A stretch of 64,000 nt of DNA, from positions 2,874 to 66,873 of the forward strand of contig JAUYOL010000004.1 in NCBI GenBank assembly GCA_030695905.1, given 5' to 3'. How positions within the stretch are numbered: position 1 is the first letter of the stretch; each line of letters starts with the position of its first letter. Positions 9,043-19,653 of this stretch are shown one piece after another. The notes beneath the pieces were generated by a model, which saw only the letters and a list, made by a program, of their open reading frames with translations, had not been told where the DNA came from and did not search any database. This DNA is from Candidatus Omnitrophota bacterium. Its GTDB lineage: Bacteria; Omnitrophota; Gorgyraeia; 2-01-FULL-45-10. A program made the position numbers and the translations under genes.

Positions 9043-10509
9043 ATGCCCCGAATAAAAAATATATTTAATGGAATAAAATACAAGTCAGGCGCGGACTATT
9101 CAGCTATAAATATAAAAGCCATCAAGGATGATTCCAGGCAAGTCAAAAAAAGAGACCTATTTATAGCGACGCGCGGATATAGCACGGATGGGTACAGGTT
9201 TATAGGCCAGGCCATAAAGAATGGCGCGAGTGTTGTAGTTTCAGACAGGGACTTCAGGGCTCCCGGAGATATAAAAAAGATAATAGTCAAAGACGCCCGC
9301 CTCGCAGTTCCCGCGATAGCGAGTAATTTTTATGGTCATCCATCAGGCGTTTTAAAGCTCGTTGGAATTACCGGTACGAACGGGAAGACCACTATAACAT
9401 ATTTAATGGAAAACATCCTTAAGGCCGCGAAGAAGAGATCCGGAGTCATAGGTACGATAAATTACAGGATAAATGGTAGCCAGATACCCGCCACTAACAC
9501 TACGCCGGGGGCGTTGGCCCTACAGTCGCTATTGTATCAAATGCTAAAGAACAAGACGAAATATGTGCTGATGGAAGTATCGAGCCACTCACTTGATCAG
9601 GATAGGGTGGGCAAAGTATTTTTTGATGTGGGTGTGTTTACAAATATCACAAAAGAGCATCTCGACTATCATAAGACGCTCAAGAATTATCTTAAAGCCA
9701 AAACAAAATTATTCGAAAAATTGAAAAGAGATGGTGTGGCCGTGCTTAATAATGATGACAGGATGGTCGCGTCATTAAGATCCGGCATAAATAAAAAAGT
9801 TCTCACCTATGGTATCAATAAAAATTCAGATGTGACGGCAAGCAATATCAGTTTATCGATGGATTCCTCAAGCTTTACAGTCAAAACTCCAAAGGGGTCG
9901 TTTAATGTTACAACGAGGCTTATAGGCAGGCATAACATTTCGAATATTTTGGCAAGCGTGGCAGTGTCAATAGCGCTGGGTATCAAGCCGGGCGCTATAA
10001 AGAGCGGGATAGAATCTTTTAAGGTTGTGCCCGGCAGATTAGAGCCTGTAGAGGAAGGTCAGCAGTTTAAGGTATTCGTAGATTATGCTCATACGGAAGA
10101 CGCTCTGCATAATGTTTTGAGCCTTTTGAAGGATGTGACCACGGCAGGCAGGATAATAACAGTCTTTGGCTGCGGAGGGAACAGGGACAGGGCGAAGCGG
10201 CCGCTTATGGGCAGTGTGGCATGTAAATTCTCCGACAGAGTCGTAGTGACGTCCGACAACCCGAGATTTGAGGATCCAATGTCGATCATATCGCAGATCG
10301 AAGAAGGCATAAAAGATAAATTTGCAAATTACGATATAGTTCCGGATAGACATGACGCGATAAACAAGGCATTGACAATGGCACGGAAGGGAGACGTTGT
10401 ATTGATTGCCGGCAAAGGGCATGAAAAATGCCAGATAGTTAATGACAAGGCGCTTGCTTTTGATGATTGCGAAGTGACCTCATCAATACTTAGGACGATT
10501 ATAGTATGA
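9043..10509 (+). CDS. murE: UDP-MurNAc-tripeptide synthetase (meso-DAP type)
   Basis: GITGTNGKTT, MEVSSH, DYAHT, FGCGGNRD, DNPR, AGKGHE. Confidence 0.97.
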   Translation: MPRIKNIFNGIKYKSGADYSAINIKAIKDDSRQVKKRDLFIATRGYSTDGYRFIGQAIKNGASVVVSDRDFRAPGDIKKIIVKDARLAVPAIASNFYGHPSGVLKLVGITGTNGKTTITYLMENILKAAKKRSGVIGTINYRINGSQIPATNTTPGALALQSLLYQMLKNKTKYVLMEVSSHSLDQDRVGKVFFDVGVFTNITKEHLDYHKTLKNYLKAKTKLFEKLKRDGVAVLNNDDRMVASLRSGINKKVLTYGINKNSDVTASNISLSMDSSSFTVKTPKGSFNVTTRLIGRHNISNILASVAVSIALGIKPGAIKSGIESFKVVPGRLEPVEEGQQFKVFVDYAHTEDALHNVLSLLKDVTTAGRIITVFGCGGNRDRAKRPLMGSVACKFSDRVVVTSDNPRFEDPMSIISQIEEGIKDKFANYDIVPDRHDAINKALTMARKGDVVLIAGKGHEKCQIVNDKALAFDDCEVTSSILRTIIV

Positions 10510-11864
10510 AAATTGAAGAAATTTTGAAAATAACAAAAGGGAAACTGTTATCCGGTGATATATCGGCCGAGATAGACCCCGCGTTGATATCGACCGATTC
10601 CAGAAATATAAAAAAAGGCGAATTCTTTTTGCCGTTGAAGGGTAGTAATTTTGACGGCGAAGAATTTATCGGCGATGTATTTAAAAAGGGCGCTATAGGC
10701 ACATTTACAACGCATAGTGCGCGATATGCGGCGCATGCCAATAAGATAATTGTAAAAGTCAGCGATACGACACTGGCGCTGCAGAAGATAGCGCATCACC
10801 ACAGGATGAAATACGATATCCCTGTCATAGGCGTTACCGGCAGTAACGGGAAGACAACGACTAAAGATATGATATCCCAGGTGCTTTCCAAAAAATTTAA
10901 TATATTAAAGAATGAAGGGACTAAGAATAACCACATCGGTTTACCGCAAACGCTTTTAAAGTTGAATAAGAAACATGATATATGTGTACTGGAGATGGGG
11001 ACGAATCATAAAGGCGAGATACGCCTATTGGCGGATATCGCAAGGCCGGGAATAGTGGTAATAACGAATATAGGGCCATCCCACCTGAAATTTTTGAAAG
11101 ATTTGAAAGGGGTTTTTGAGGCCAAGAAAGAGATATTCGAGTTCTTAGGCAAGGATGGCCTGGCGGTAGTTAATGGTGATGATAAATATCTGTCGGAGCA
11201 CAAGGGCGGAGCTTTTAAGATCGTAAAATTCGGCTTTGATGAAAGAAATGACTTCAGAGCCTCTCTTATTAGCGCCGGATTTGATGGCATAGAATTTTTA
11301 TTGAATGATAGTACGCGATTTACACTGAATGTATTGGGAACGCATAATACCTACAATGCTTTAGCCGCTATAGCCCTGGCTCGCCATTTTAAGTTAAGTT
11401 TTGAATTAATAAGAAAAGGCCTCGCCGAATATAAGCCTACCTACATGAGGCTTAATATAAAAGAGATAGGCGGATTGATAGTTATAGATGACTCGTACAA
11501 TTCAAATCCTTCATCAATGGTATGCGCTCTCCAGACCATGAAAGATCTGCCCGCAAGGTCCAAGTGGGTAGTAAGCGCTGATATGCTTGAGTTGGGATTG
11601 AGGGAGGATTATTTTCACAGGATGGTAGGCGAGTCTGTGGCTAAATTGGGTTTTAAGGGGTTACTTACCTATGGAAGCTTATCCCAGCATACATATTGCC
11701 GCGCCCTTGAGTGCGGAATGGATAAAGAGAACATATGGCACTGTTCTACCCGCGACCAGGTAGCCGATATACTGCGTAAAGTAGCCAAAAAAGGTGATGC
11801 TATATTGGTAAAGGGGTCGCGCGCGATGAAGATGGAAGAGATAATAGAAAAGCTGAAGGCTTAA
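10506..11864 (+). CDS. murF: UDP-MurNAc-pentapeptide synthetase
   Basis: GVTGSNGKTTTK, NNHIGLP, EMGTNH, DSYNSNP, DMLELG, VKGSR. Confidence 0.96.
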   Translation: MKIEEILKITKGKLLSGDISAEIDPALISTDSRNIKKGEFFLPLKGSNFDGEEFIGDVFKKGAIGTFTTHSARYAAHANKIIVKVSDTTLALQKIAHHHRMKYDIPVIGVTGSNGKTTTKDMISQVLSKKFNILKNEGTKNNHIGLPQTLLKLNKKHDICVLEMGTNHKGEIRLLADIARPGIVVITNIGPSHLKFLKDLKGVFEAKKEIFEFLGKDGLAVVNGDDKYLSEHKGGAFKIVKFGFDERNDFRASLISAGFDGIEFLLNDSTRFTLNVLGTHNTYNALAAIALARHFKLSFELIRKGLAEYKPTYMRLNIKEIGGLIVIDDSYNSNPSSMVCALQTMKDLPARSKWVVSADMLELGLREDYFHRMVGESVAKLGFKGLLTYGSLSQHTYCRALECGMDKENIWHCSTRDQVADILRKVAKKGDAILVKGSRAMKMEEIIEKLKA

Positions 11865-11867
11865 AAA

Positions 11868-12956
11868 ATGTTATACTATATTTTTTACTCATTAACAGGT
11901 TCTTGGTCAGGGTTCAATGTTTTCAGGTATATAACATTTCGCGCCGCCATGGCGGCGCTTACCGCGCTGGTATTGTCGCTGATATTCGGGCCTCTTGTAA
12001 TAAGCTGGCTCAAAAAGTTAAAGTTCGGACAATATATAAGGAAGGAGCATGTAGAATCTATATACGATCAGCACAGGCACAAAGAAGGCACGCCTACCAT
12101 GGGCGGCGTTCTTATAATAATTTCCATAACGCTTGCCACTATCCTGTGGGCCGATATATTAAATGTATATGTGCTGATGACGTTGGGTTCTTTCTTATTT
12201 CTTGGGGCGGTGGGATTCGCGGATGACTACATAAAGATAGTCAAGAAGAGGAACCTGGGCCTTAAGCCGGGGTCTAAATTTTTAAGCCAGGTATTACTGG
12301 CGTTTATAGTAGCTATATTCGTTATGGTCTTCACGCATATTCCCACCACATTGAATGTCCCGTTCTTTAAATTCTTTTCGCTGGAACTGGGGTTGCTCTA
12401 TGTGCTTTTTGTGCTTATCGTGATAGCGGGCTCCAGCAACGCCGTCAATCTTACCGATGGCCTGGATGGCCTTGCGATAGGCTGCACAATAATAGCGGCG
12501 CTGGCTTACACGGTGCTTACCTACATTACCGGACACTTTAAGTTTGCTGAATATCTTAACGTATTTTATTTGGAGGGCGCGGGTGAATTAGCGGTGTTTT
12601 GCGCCGCGATGGTGGGGGCAGGATTAGGATTTTTATGGTTCAATTCATACCCCGCCACGGTATTTATGGGCGACACGGGATCTCTGGCCCTGGGCGGGGG
12701 GCTGGGAGTCGTGGCTGTATTCATAAAGAAGGAGTTGTTGCTATTTTTGGTAGGCGGCATATTTGTAATCGAAGCGCTGTCAGTGTTATTACAGGTGATA
12801 TGGTTTAAGACGACAAAGAAGAGATTGTTTCTAATGTCGCCCATACATCACCACTTTCAGCTTCTGGGATGGCCTGAAGCCAAGATAACTACGCGCTTTT
12901 GGATAGTAGCCATAATACTGGCGCTGTTGAGTTTATCAACATTAAAACTACAATGA
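11868..12956 (+). CDS. mraY: Phospho-MurNAc-pentapeptide transferase
   Basis: KEGTPTMGG, NAVNLTDGLDGL, FMGDTGSLALG, PIHHHF. Confidence 0.98.
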   Translation: MLYYIFYSLTGSWSGFNVFRYITFRAAMAALTALVLSLIFGPLVISWLKKLKFGQYIRKEHVESIYDQHRHKEGTPTMGGVLIIISITLATILWADILNVYVLMTLGSFLFLGAVGFADDYIKIVKKRNLGLKPGSKFLSQVLLAFIVAIFVMVFTHIPTTLNVPFFKFFSLELGLLYVLFVLIVIAGSSNAVNLTDGLDGLAIGCTIIAALAYTVLTYITGHFKFAEYLNVFYLEGAGELAVFCAAMVGAGLGFLWFNSYPATVFMGDTGSLALGGGLGVVAVFIKKELLLFLVGGIFVIEALSVLLQVIWFKTTKKRLFLMSPIHHHFQLLGWPEAKITTRFWIVAIILALLSLSTLKLQ

Positions 12957-14293
12957 AGAATATGAAAGTTACGGTAATAGGTTTAGGGAATAGCGGACTG
13001 AACGCGGCTTTATTGCTCAAAGATTTAGGCGCCGAAGTAAGGGTTACGGAGGCTGCCGATAATGACGGAGTCAGGAGCAGCTTTAATAGGCTCGAACGCA
13101 AGGATGTGCCCTGTGAAATAGGTGGGCACACAAAAGGTTTTATGGAGGGCAGCTCCCTGGTGGTGGTTAGTCCCGGCGTCGAAGATTCATCCAGCGCGAT
13201 AAAGTGGGCGAACGAGCTTAAGATACCGATAATAAGCGAGATGGAGCTGGGGTACAGGTATTGCAAGGGCAAGATCATCGCTATTACCGGCACGAACGGT
13301 AAGAGCACGGTAACGACTTTAATAGGCGAAATACTTAAAGACGGCGGATTGCACACGGTGGTATGCGGTAATATAGGGAATTCGCTTTGCGGCGAAATAG
13401 CCCGCGTAAAGAATGAAACATGGGTTGTTCTTGAGGTTAGCTCATTTCAGCTTGAAAGAATAGAGGATTTTAGGCCAAGGATAGCCATTATATTAAATAT
13501 AACCGATGATCATCTGGACAGGTATTCAAAATTCAGCGATTATTTTAATGAAAAACTTAAGATATTCAGTAATCAGAATGAGAAAGACGTCCTGATTCTA
13601 AATCATGATGCCAAAGAATTGGAAGGGCTGGAGAGTAAGGCGAGGTCAAAAGTTTTGTATTATTCCAGGATTTCAAGCGTAAATGGCGCTTATTTGAAGG
13701 GTAGCGACATAATTTATAACCATAATGGCAAAGAAACGCAGATTTGTAATACCAGGGATATCAGGCTAAAGGGTTTGCATAACGTGGAGAACGTACTTGT
13801 ATCAAGCCTTGCGGGAATTAGCGCGGGCGTAAAGCCCTTATTGATAAAAAATACCGTTAAAAATTTTAAAGGTTTAAGCCACAGGTTTGAGACTGTCAGC
13901 GCTATGGGCGGAGTAGAATATATAGACGATTCCAAAGGAACGACAGTCGATTCCACATACAGGGCATTGCAGTCATGTCAGAGGCCCGTGATATTGATAG
14001 CCGGCGGTAAAGATAAGAACAGCAATTACTCGGTAATAAAGGATCTTGTTAAGGATAAAGTTAAACATCTTATTCTTATAGGAGAGGCCAGGCAAAGGAT
14101 AAGACAGGCGCTGGGCGATGTGGTCGAGACGCATGAGGCTGCCACAATGAACGAGGCTGTGGAGATGGCCAGAAAACTTGCCGAGGAAAATTACATGGTT
14201 CTTTTATCTCCCATGTGTTCAAGTTTTGATATGTTCAGGGACTATAAGGAGCGCGGCGATATTTTCAAAAAAGCCGTGTTAGCTATTAAATGA
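12953..14293 (+). CDS. murD: UDP-MurNAc-L-Ala-D-Glu ligase
   Basis: AITGTNGKSTVT, EVSSFQL, DHLDR, DDSKGT, LSPMCSSFD. ATG 12953 overlaps the mraY stop. Confidence 0.96.
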   Translation: MKNMKVTVIGLGNSGLNAALLLKDLGAEVRVTEAADNDGVRSSFNRLERKDVPCEIGGHTKGFMEGSSLVVVSPGVEDSSSAIKWANELKIPIISEMELGYRYCKGKIIAITGTNGKSTVTTLIGEILKDGGLHTVVCGNIGNSLCGEIARVKNETWVVLEVSSFQLERIEDFRPRIAIILNITDDHLDRYSKFSDYFNEKLKIFSNQNEKDVLILNHDAKELEGLESKARSKVLYYSRISSVNGAYLKGSDIIYNHNGKETQICNTRDIRLKGLHNVENVLVSSLAGISAGVKPLLIKNTVKNFKGLSHRFETVSAMGGVEYIDDSKGTTVDSTYRALQSCQRPVILIAGGKDKNSNYSVIKDLVKDKVKHLILIGEARQRIRQALGDVVETHEAATMNEAVEMARKLAEENYMVLLSPMCSSFDMFRDYKERGDIFKKAVLAIK

Positions 14294-15384
14294 GGGGAAC
14301 GAGGACTTCTTTACTGATTATCGTGATGATGCTCGTTGCCATAGGCATAGTCATGATATACTCCACCAGCGCTATATATGCAAATGAAAAGATGGATGAC
14401 AGCCTTTATTTTTTGAAAAGACACCTCACATATCTTATCGCCGGATTTTTTATGATGCTTCTCGCGATGGCAGTAGATATCCAGACCTTAAGAAAATATT
14501 CGAAGCCCATAATGGCGCTGTCGATAATACTTTTAGTCCTTGTCCTTATCCCGCACATAGGCAGGCAGACTGCCGGGGCGAGAAGGTGGTTTAGGCTAGG
14601 CCCCTTGAATTTTCAGCCGTCGGAATTCGCCAAGATAGTTATCATGATATACCTGGCAGACTTACTGGCCAGGAAAGAGAAGGTGATAAAAAGTTTTTTA
14701 CACGGATACTTACCGCCCGTTCTTGTTTTAGGGTTTGTCCTTGGGCTGGTATTGCTGGAGCCGGACCTGGGCACCGCGATAGCTATATCGGTTATAGGCA
14801 TGCTGATGCTTTTTGTAAGCGGTATAAGGCCCTTATACATAGTCGGTTCAATTTTAGCGAGCTTGCCCGCGCTTTACATGTTATTATTCAGGGTGCCCTA
14901 TAGAAGAAAACGCATGATGATATTTTTAAACCCATGGTCGGATAAAAGAGGCGCGGGGTTTCAGATAATACAGTCGTTTATTGCGTTGGGCTCGGGCGGG
15001 TTGTTAGGTGTTGGATTGGGGCAATCACGGCAAAAACTATTCTATCTACCTGCCTCTCACACAGATTTTATATTTTCTATAATAGGCGAGGAGTTGGGAT
15101 TTTTGGGTGCCGCGAGCGTAGTCGTGCTATTTATTCTATTTGTTTGGGAGGGCATGAAGATAACATTTAAAGCGGCGGGGCAATTTGAAAAACTTTTAAG
15201 CATGGCTTTAGTCTGTCTTATAGCGCTGGAGGCTCTTATAAATATCGGAGTAACGGCAGGGGTTTTGCCGACTAAAGGACTGCCGCTTCCTTTTATAAGT
15301 TACGGAGGGACGTCGCTTATGTTTCATCTTGCCGCGGTAGGATTATTGCTTAATATAGCCAAGTCCGGCGAGGTGCATAGATGA
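14290..15384 (+). CDS. ftsW: SEDS peptidoglycan polymerase
   Basis: GARRW, QPSEFAK, EPDLG, YLPASHTDFIF, LPFISYGG. Located in the dcw cluster. Confidence 0.96.
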   Translation: MRGTRTSLLIIVMMLVAIGIVMIYSTSAIYANEKMDDSLYFLKRHLTYLIAGFFMMLLAMAVDIQTLRKYSKPIMALSIILLVLVLIPHIGRQTAGARRWFRLGPLNFQPSEFAKIVIMIYLADLLARKEKVIKSFLHGYLPPVLVLGFVLGLVLLEPDLGTAIAISVIGMLMLFVSGIRPLYIVGSILASLPALYMLLFRVPYRRKRMMIFLNPWSDKRGAGFQIIQSFIALGSGGLLGVGLGQSRQKLFYLPASHTDFIFSIIGEELGFLGAASVVVLFILFVWEGMKITFKAAGQFEKLLSMALVCLIALEALINIGVTAGVLPTKGLPLPFISYGGTSLMFHLAAVGLLLNIAKSGEVHR

Positions 15385-16481
15385 AGGTTTTAGTCGCTTG
15401 CGGAGGGTCGGGCGGGCATATATTTCCGGCTATAGCGCTTACGCAGGGCCTGAAAGAGAGAGATAAAACTATAGAATTATTGTTTGTCGGAAGCAATAAT
15501 GTCCTGGATAAACGTATATTCGAAAAGGAGCACCTTCATTATTCTTTGCTATCTTCCAACAAATTGCCGTATAAAGCATCCATGAAAACTATAATATTCT
15601 TCGTCAAACTATTTTTTGATATAATAAAATCGTTCTTTATAGTTATAAAGCATTCTCCCGACGCCGTTATAGGTTTCGGCGGTTATGTGTCAAGTCCTGT
15701 AATATTCGCGGCATATATTTTAAGAGTGCCTACAGTGATTCATGAACAGAATGTTGTGCCCGGCAGGTCGAATAGCGTCTTATTCAGGTTTGCGGACAGG
15801 ATAGCTGTAAGCTTTGAGGAAACGAAAAAATATTTGGGCCGATTCAGCACCAAGGCCGTATTTACAGGGAATCCTATCAGAGCCAATCTGTTTAAGGACG
15901 ACAAGGCGGAAAGCATAAAAAAATTCGGGCTTGACGCCGCGAAGTTTACGATTCTTATTATAGGCGGAAGCCAGGGCGCGCATAGTCTAAACAAAAATTT
16001 TTTACAGGCAATGGCAAAGCTCGACACGCAGAAGAGTTCGCTATTGCAGATAATACATATAACCGGCATAACAGATTATGAGTGGGTGAGCCGGGCGTAT
16101 GAAGAAATCGGCATCGAGCATAGGGTATTCTCTTTTATCGATAATATAGAGCAGGCTTATAGCGTATCCGATCTTGTAGTGACGAGGTCCGGCGCTTCGG
16201 CGATATTTGAAATAGCGTATTTTGGCAGGCCCATGATACTGGTTCCGTATCCATTTGCGATGAGCCATCAGGCGGAGAATGCGAAGGTATTTTCCAGAAA
16301 TGGGGCGGCGATACAGATAGATGAAAAAGAGATGTCGCCGGATATCGTAAAGAACAGGGTCGAAAGTCTTTTAGATAACAGGGCAGTTCTCGATCAGATG
16401 GCTAAAAGGGCGAAGGATTTAAGCGTTCCGGACTCATCATATAATCTTGCGGGCGAAGTTTTAAAAATTGTAAAGGGGTAA
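15381..16481 (+). CDS. murG: Lipid II GlcNAc transferase
   Basis: GGSGGHIFPA, GFGGYVS, HEQN, GGSQGA, RSGAS, HQAENA. Confidence 0.97.
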   Translation: MKVLVACGGSGGHIFPAIALTQGLKERDKTIELLFVGSNNVLDKRIFEKEHLHYSLLSSNKLPYKASMKTIIFFVKLFFDIIKSFFIVIKHSPDAVIGFGGYVSSPVIFAAYILRVPTVIHEQNVVPGRSNSVLFRFADRIAVSFEETKKYLGRFSTKAVFTGNPIRANLFKDDKAESIKKFGLDAAKFTILIIGGSQGAHSLNKNFLQAMAKLDTQKSSLLQIIHITGITDYEWVSRAYEEIGIEHRVFSFIDNIEQAYSVSDLVVTRSGASAIFEIAYFGRPMILVPYPFAMSHQAENAKVFSRNGAAIQIDEKEMSPDIVKNRVESLLDNRAVLDQMAKRAKDLSVPDSSYNLAGEVLKIVKG

Positions 16482-16488
16482 TTATTAA

Positions 16489-17862
16489 ATGATATTAGAA
16501 AAAAAGAAGATGCATTTTATCGGTATAGGCGGTATAGGCATGAGCAGCATAGCAATTATACTATTGAAGATGGGGTATAAGATTTCCGGATCGGATTTAG
16601 AGTCAAACAGCCTTACCGAAAAGTTGAAAAAATTGGGCGCGGATATTTTTATCGGGCACAGCGAGGGTAATGTTGGGCCGGATGTGGAGATAGCGGTTTA
16701 CTCCTCATGTATAAATAATGCAAATCCCGAGATAGTCCAGGCAAGGCAGCGCGGTATCCCTATAGTAAAAAGGGCCGAAGTATTAGGGGAATTGCTGAAC
16801 AGTAAAAAAGGCATAGCTATAACGGGTACGCATGGAAAGACCACAACCACCTCTCTTATTTCGGTGATGCTTGAAAACGGCGGACTCGACCCTACCGTTA
16901 TAATAGGCGGAGAAGTAGCGCTATTCGGCAGTAACGCCAAATATGGCAACGGGGAATTTCTCGTTGCCGAAGCGGATGAGAGCGATGGCTCATTCATTTA
17001 TTTAAAGCCATTTTATTCCGTAATAACAAATATAGAAATGGAACACGTGGATTACTATGGGACGCTTGAGGATTCGATAACCGCGTATGCCGCTTTCGCG
17101 AATAATACAAAGAAGCAGGGGGCATTATTTTACAATAATGACGACGAAAACATAAAGAAGATGCTTAAAAATTTTAAGGGTAAATCAGAAAGCTTTTCGT
17201 TGTATAAAGGGGCGGATATATATCCTCATGAAATAAAGATGAGCGAATTTCGTTCGTCATACCTGTGTGTCTATAAAAATGAAGTTCTCGGCAGGGTATT
17301 TTTAAAAATTCCGGGCAGGCATAACATACTTAATAGCCTTGCCGCGATACAGGTAGGTTTAAAGGCCGGGCTTTCGTTTGAAAAGATAACCCAGGGCATT
17401 CAGGATTTTACCGGCACAAAAAGGCGTTTTCACTTAAGGGCTGATTGCGAAGGGGTAATGCTCATAGACGATTATGCGCACCACCCTACAGAGATACGCG
17501 CCGTACTTGAGGCATGCGGTAATTGGAAGGGGAGGCGGCTTGTGGTGATATTCCAGCCGCACAGGTATTCGCGCACGAAGTTCCTTGCGGAAGAGTTCGG
17601 CCGCTGTTTCAAAGGCTGCCATAAGCTTATATTGACAGACATATATGCGGCCAGCGAAGAACCGATAGAGGGGATCTCTTCCAAAGTTATTTATGACAGA
17701 GTGAAAAAGCATGGTCCGGATGATGTAATAATGCTGGGTAAAAAAGAGATAGCCGATCATATTATGAAATCGAAGAAAAGCGGCGATATGATATTGGTGT
17801 TGGGCGCGGGAGATATAAAGGATATTGCGAATGAACTTTCCGAAAAACTTAATAAAAGGTGA
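16489..17862 (+). CDS. murC: UDP-MurNAc-L-alanine ligase
   Basis: HFIGIGGIGMS, GTHGKTTTT, EADESD, DDYAHHPTEI, FQPHRYSRT. Confidence 0.98.
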   Translation: MILEKKKMHFIGIGGIGMSSIAIILLKMGYKISGSDLESNSLTEKLKKLGADIFIGHSEGNVGPDVEIAVYSSCINNANPEIVQARQRGIPIVKRAEVLGELLNSKKGIAITGTHGKTTTTSLISVMLENGGLDPTVIIGGEVALFGSNAKYGNGEFLVAEADESDGSFIYLKPFYSVITNIEMEHVDYYGTLEDSITAYAAFANNTKKQGALFYNNDDENIKKMLKNFKGKSESFSLYKGADIYPHEIKMSEFRSSYLCVYKNEVLGRVFLKIPGRHNILNSLAAIQVGLKAGLSFEKITQGIQDFTGTKRRFHLRADCEGVMLIDDYAHHPTEIRAVLEACGNWKGRRLVVIFQPHRYSRTKFLAEEFGRCFKGCHKLILTDIYAASEEPIEGISSKVIYDRVKKHGPDDVIMLGKKEIADHIMKSKKSGDMILVLGAGDIKDIANELSEKLNKR

Positions 17863-18730
17863 TTTAAGGGAACTCGAGGCGCTGTCCAGGCACACATCCT
17901 TTAAAATAGGCGGTCCGGCCGCTTTATGGGCACAGCCAAAGGATGTCAGTGAGTTAAAAAAGGTGGTGCTCTTTGCCAAAGAGAACAAGATCCACACATT
18001 TGTTATTGGCGGAGGCACAAATGTGCTTGCAAGCGATAAAGGTTTTAATGGGATAGTGATCCATCTTGGCTCACCCGAATTCAAGAAGGTATCCATAAAG
18101 GGTACGACCTTGAAGGCTGGGGCAGGATCCGCTACACCCGGACTGGTAAGGCTAAGCTGCGGTAAAGGTTTAAGCGGGCTTGAGAGCCTTGTCGGGATTC
18201 CCGGGACGATAGGCGGCGCGGTATATATGAATGCCGGCGGATGGTCGAGCCCGTTATACAAGAATATAGGCGACTATGTCAGCTCCCTTAAGGTAATGGA
18301 CTATAATGGTCGTTTAAAGACGCTTGAAAGAGAAGACATCGAATTTGGATATAGGAGATCCAGTCTTTCAGACTATATAATAACAGAGGTAACGTTGAAA
18401 CTTGGCAGAGAGGATAGTTCGGCGTTAACATCGAGATGTTTTAAATTCCTGAAGATGAAAAAAGAGAAACAGGTTCTTGATATGCCAAGCGCAGGATGTG
18501 TTTTTAAAAACCCTAAAGATTTTCAGTTCACTACCGGGCAGATGATAGACACTCTGGGCCTTAAGGGCCGCAGGGTTGGCGGCGCCGAAGTATCCGAAAA
18601 ACATGCTAATTTTATAATCAACAGGAATTCCGCCACCTCGGAAGATGTATTGAAGCTTATAGATTTTGTAAGCAAGAAGGTCATGGATAGTTACAAGGTA
18701 CCGCTTGAATTGGAGATCAAGATCATATGA
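17831..18730 (+). CDS. murB: UDP-N-acetylenolpyruvoylglucosamine reductase
   Basis: HTSFKIGG, GIPGTIGGAVYMNAG, FGYRRS, SAGCVFKNP, SEKHANF. Start uncertain. Confidence 0.96.
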   Translation: MNFPKNLIKGDLRELEALSRHTSFKIGGPAALWAQPKDVSELKKVVLFAKENKIHTFVIGGGTNVLASDKGFNGIVIHLGSPEFKKVSIKGTTLKAGAGSATPGLVRLSCGKGLSGLESLVGIPGTIGGAVYMNAGGWSSPLYKNIGDYVSSLKVMDYNGRLKTLEREDIEFGYRRSSLSDYIITEVTLKLGREDSSALTSRCFKFLKMKKEKQVLDMPSAGCVFKNPKDFQFTTGQMIDTLGLKGRRVGGAEVSEKHANFIINRNSATSEDVLKLIDFVSKKVMDSYKVPLELEIKII

Positions 18731-19653
18731 CGCGGGCGAAGTTCGGCAGGATAGGAGTGCTGGCGGGCGGGCCGTCGAACGAAAGAGAGATAAGTCTGCG
18801 TTCAGGCGAAGCCGTCTATAACGCTCTTAAGGGTGAGGGGATCGACGCTATATTTCTGGATATAAAAGACGATATACATGATGTGGTGAAAAGGAACGCT
18901 GTAGATGTAGCGTTTATAGCCTTACACGGCAGGTTTGGCGAGGACGGTACCGTGCAAAAGATGCTGGAAGACGCGCGTATTCCTTATACGGGATCCGGAC
19001 CAGAGGCATCGGCCCTGGCGCTCGATAAGATAGCTTCCAAAGAAGCCTTCGTAAAAAGCGGTATTCCTGTCCCCAGATATATAGCATTCGAAAAGAACCG
19101 ATTCTCTTCTACTGACGCGGATGGTATCGGGTATCCTTTGGTGGTCAAGCCGCGGTTCGAGGGCTCGAGCATAGGCTTATCGATAGTTAAAGACAGTAGC
19201 CTGTTAAAAGAGGCGCTCGAAAAAGCGTTTAAATATGGCGATGTTGTGATGCTGGAGGAATATATACACGGCAGAGAGCTCACGGTAGGCATTCTCGACG
19301 ATAAGGCGCTGCCGGTTATAGAAATAGTCACGAGAAATAATGTCTATGATTATGAGGCAAAGTACAAGAACAACGATACCAGATATATCGTTCCGGCCGA
19401 GATAGGCCCGGATGCGCAAAAAAAAGCGAAAGAGCTTGGCGTAATGGCGCACAACGCGTTGGGTTGCAGGTCCTTTTCGCGTGTCGATATCATAATGGAT
19501 GATAAGGGAGAGATGTTTGTGCTGGAGGTTAATACGATACCGGGAATGACCCAGCGCAGTCTCTTACCGAAAGCTGCCCAGGCTATAGGTTTGCGTTTTA
19601 ACGAGCTTTGTGTTAAAATCCTTGAAAATACATTATCGGGAGCGAAAAAATGA
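18727..19653 (+). CDS. ddl: D-alanine--D-alanine ligase
   Basis: GGPSNEREISL.SG, ALHGRFGEDG, GSSIG, YDYEAKY, EVNTIPGMT. Confidence 0.97.
   Translation: MTRAKFGRIGVLAGGPSNEREISLRSGEAVYNALKGEGIDAIFLDIKDDIHDVVKRNAVDVAFIALHGRFGEDGTVQKMLEDARIPYTGSGPEASALALDKIASKEAFVKSGIPVPRYIAFEKNRFSSTDADGIGYPLVVKPRFEGSSIGLSIVKDSSLLKEALEKAFKYGDVVMLEEYIHGRELTVGILDDKALPVIEIVTRNNVYDYEAKYKNNDTRYIVPAEIGPDAQKKAKELGVMAHNALGCRSFSRVDIIMDDKGEMFVLEVNTIPGMTQRSLLPKAAQAIGLRFNELCVKILENTLSGAKK

Noticed and set aside
10707-10740. Possible degenerate heptamer relic in murF (TTHSARYAAH), with a similar hint in ispG near 63890
   Set aside because: Periodicity is too weak to distinguish from chance by eye.
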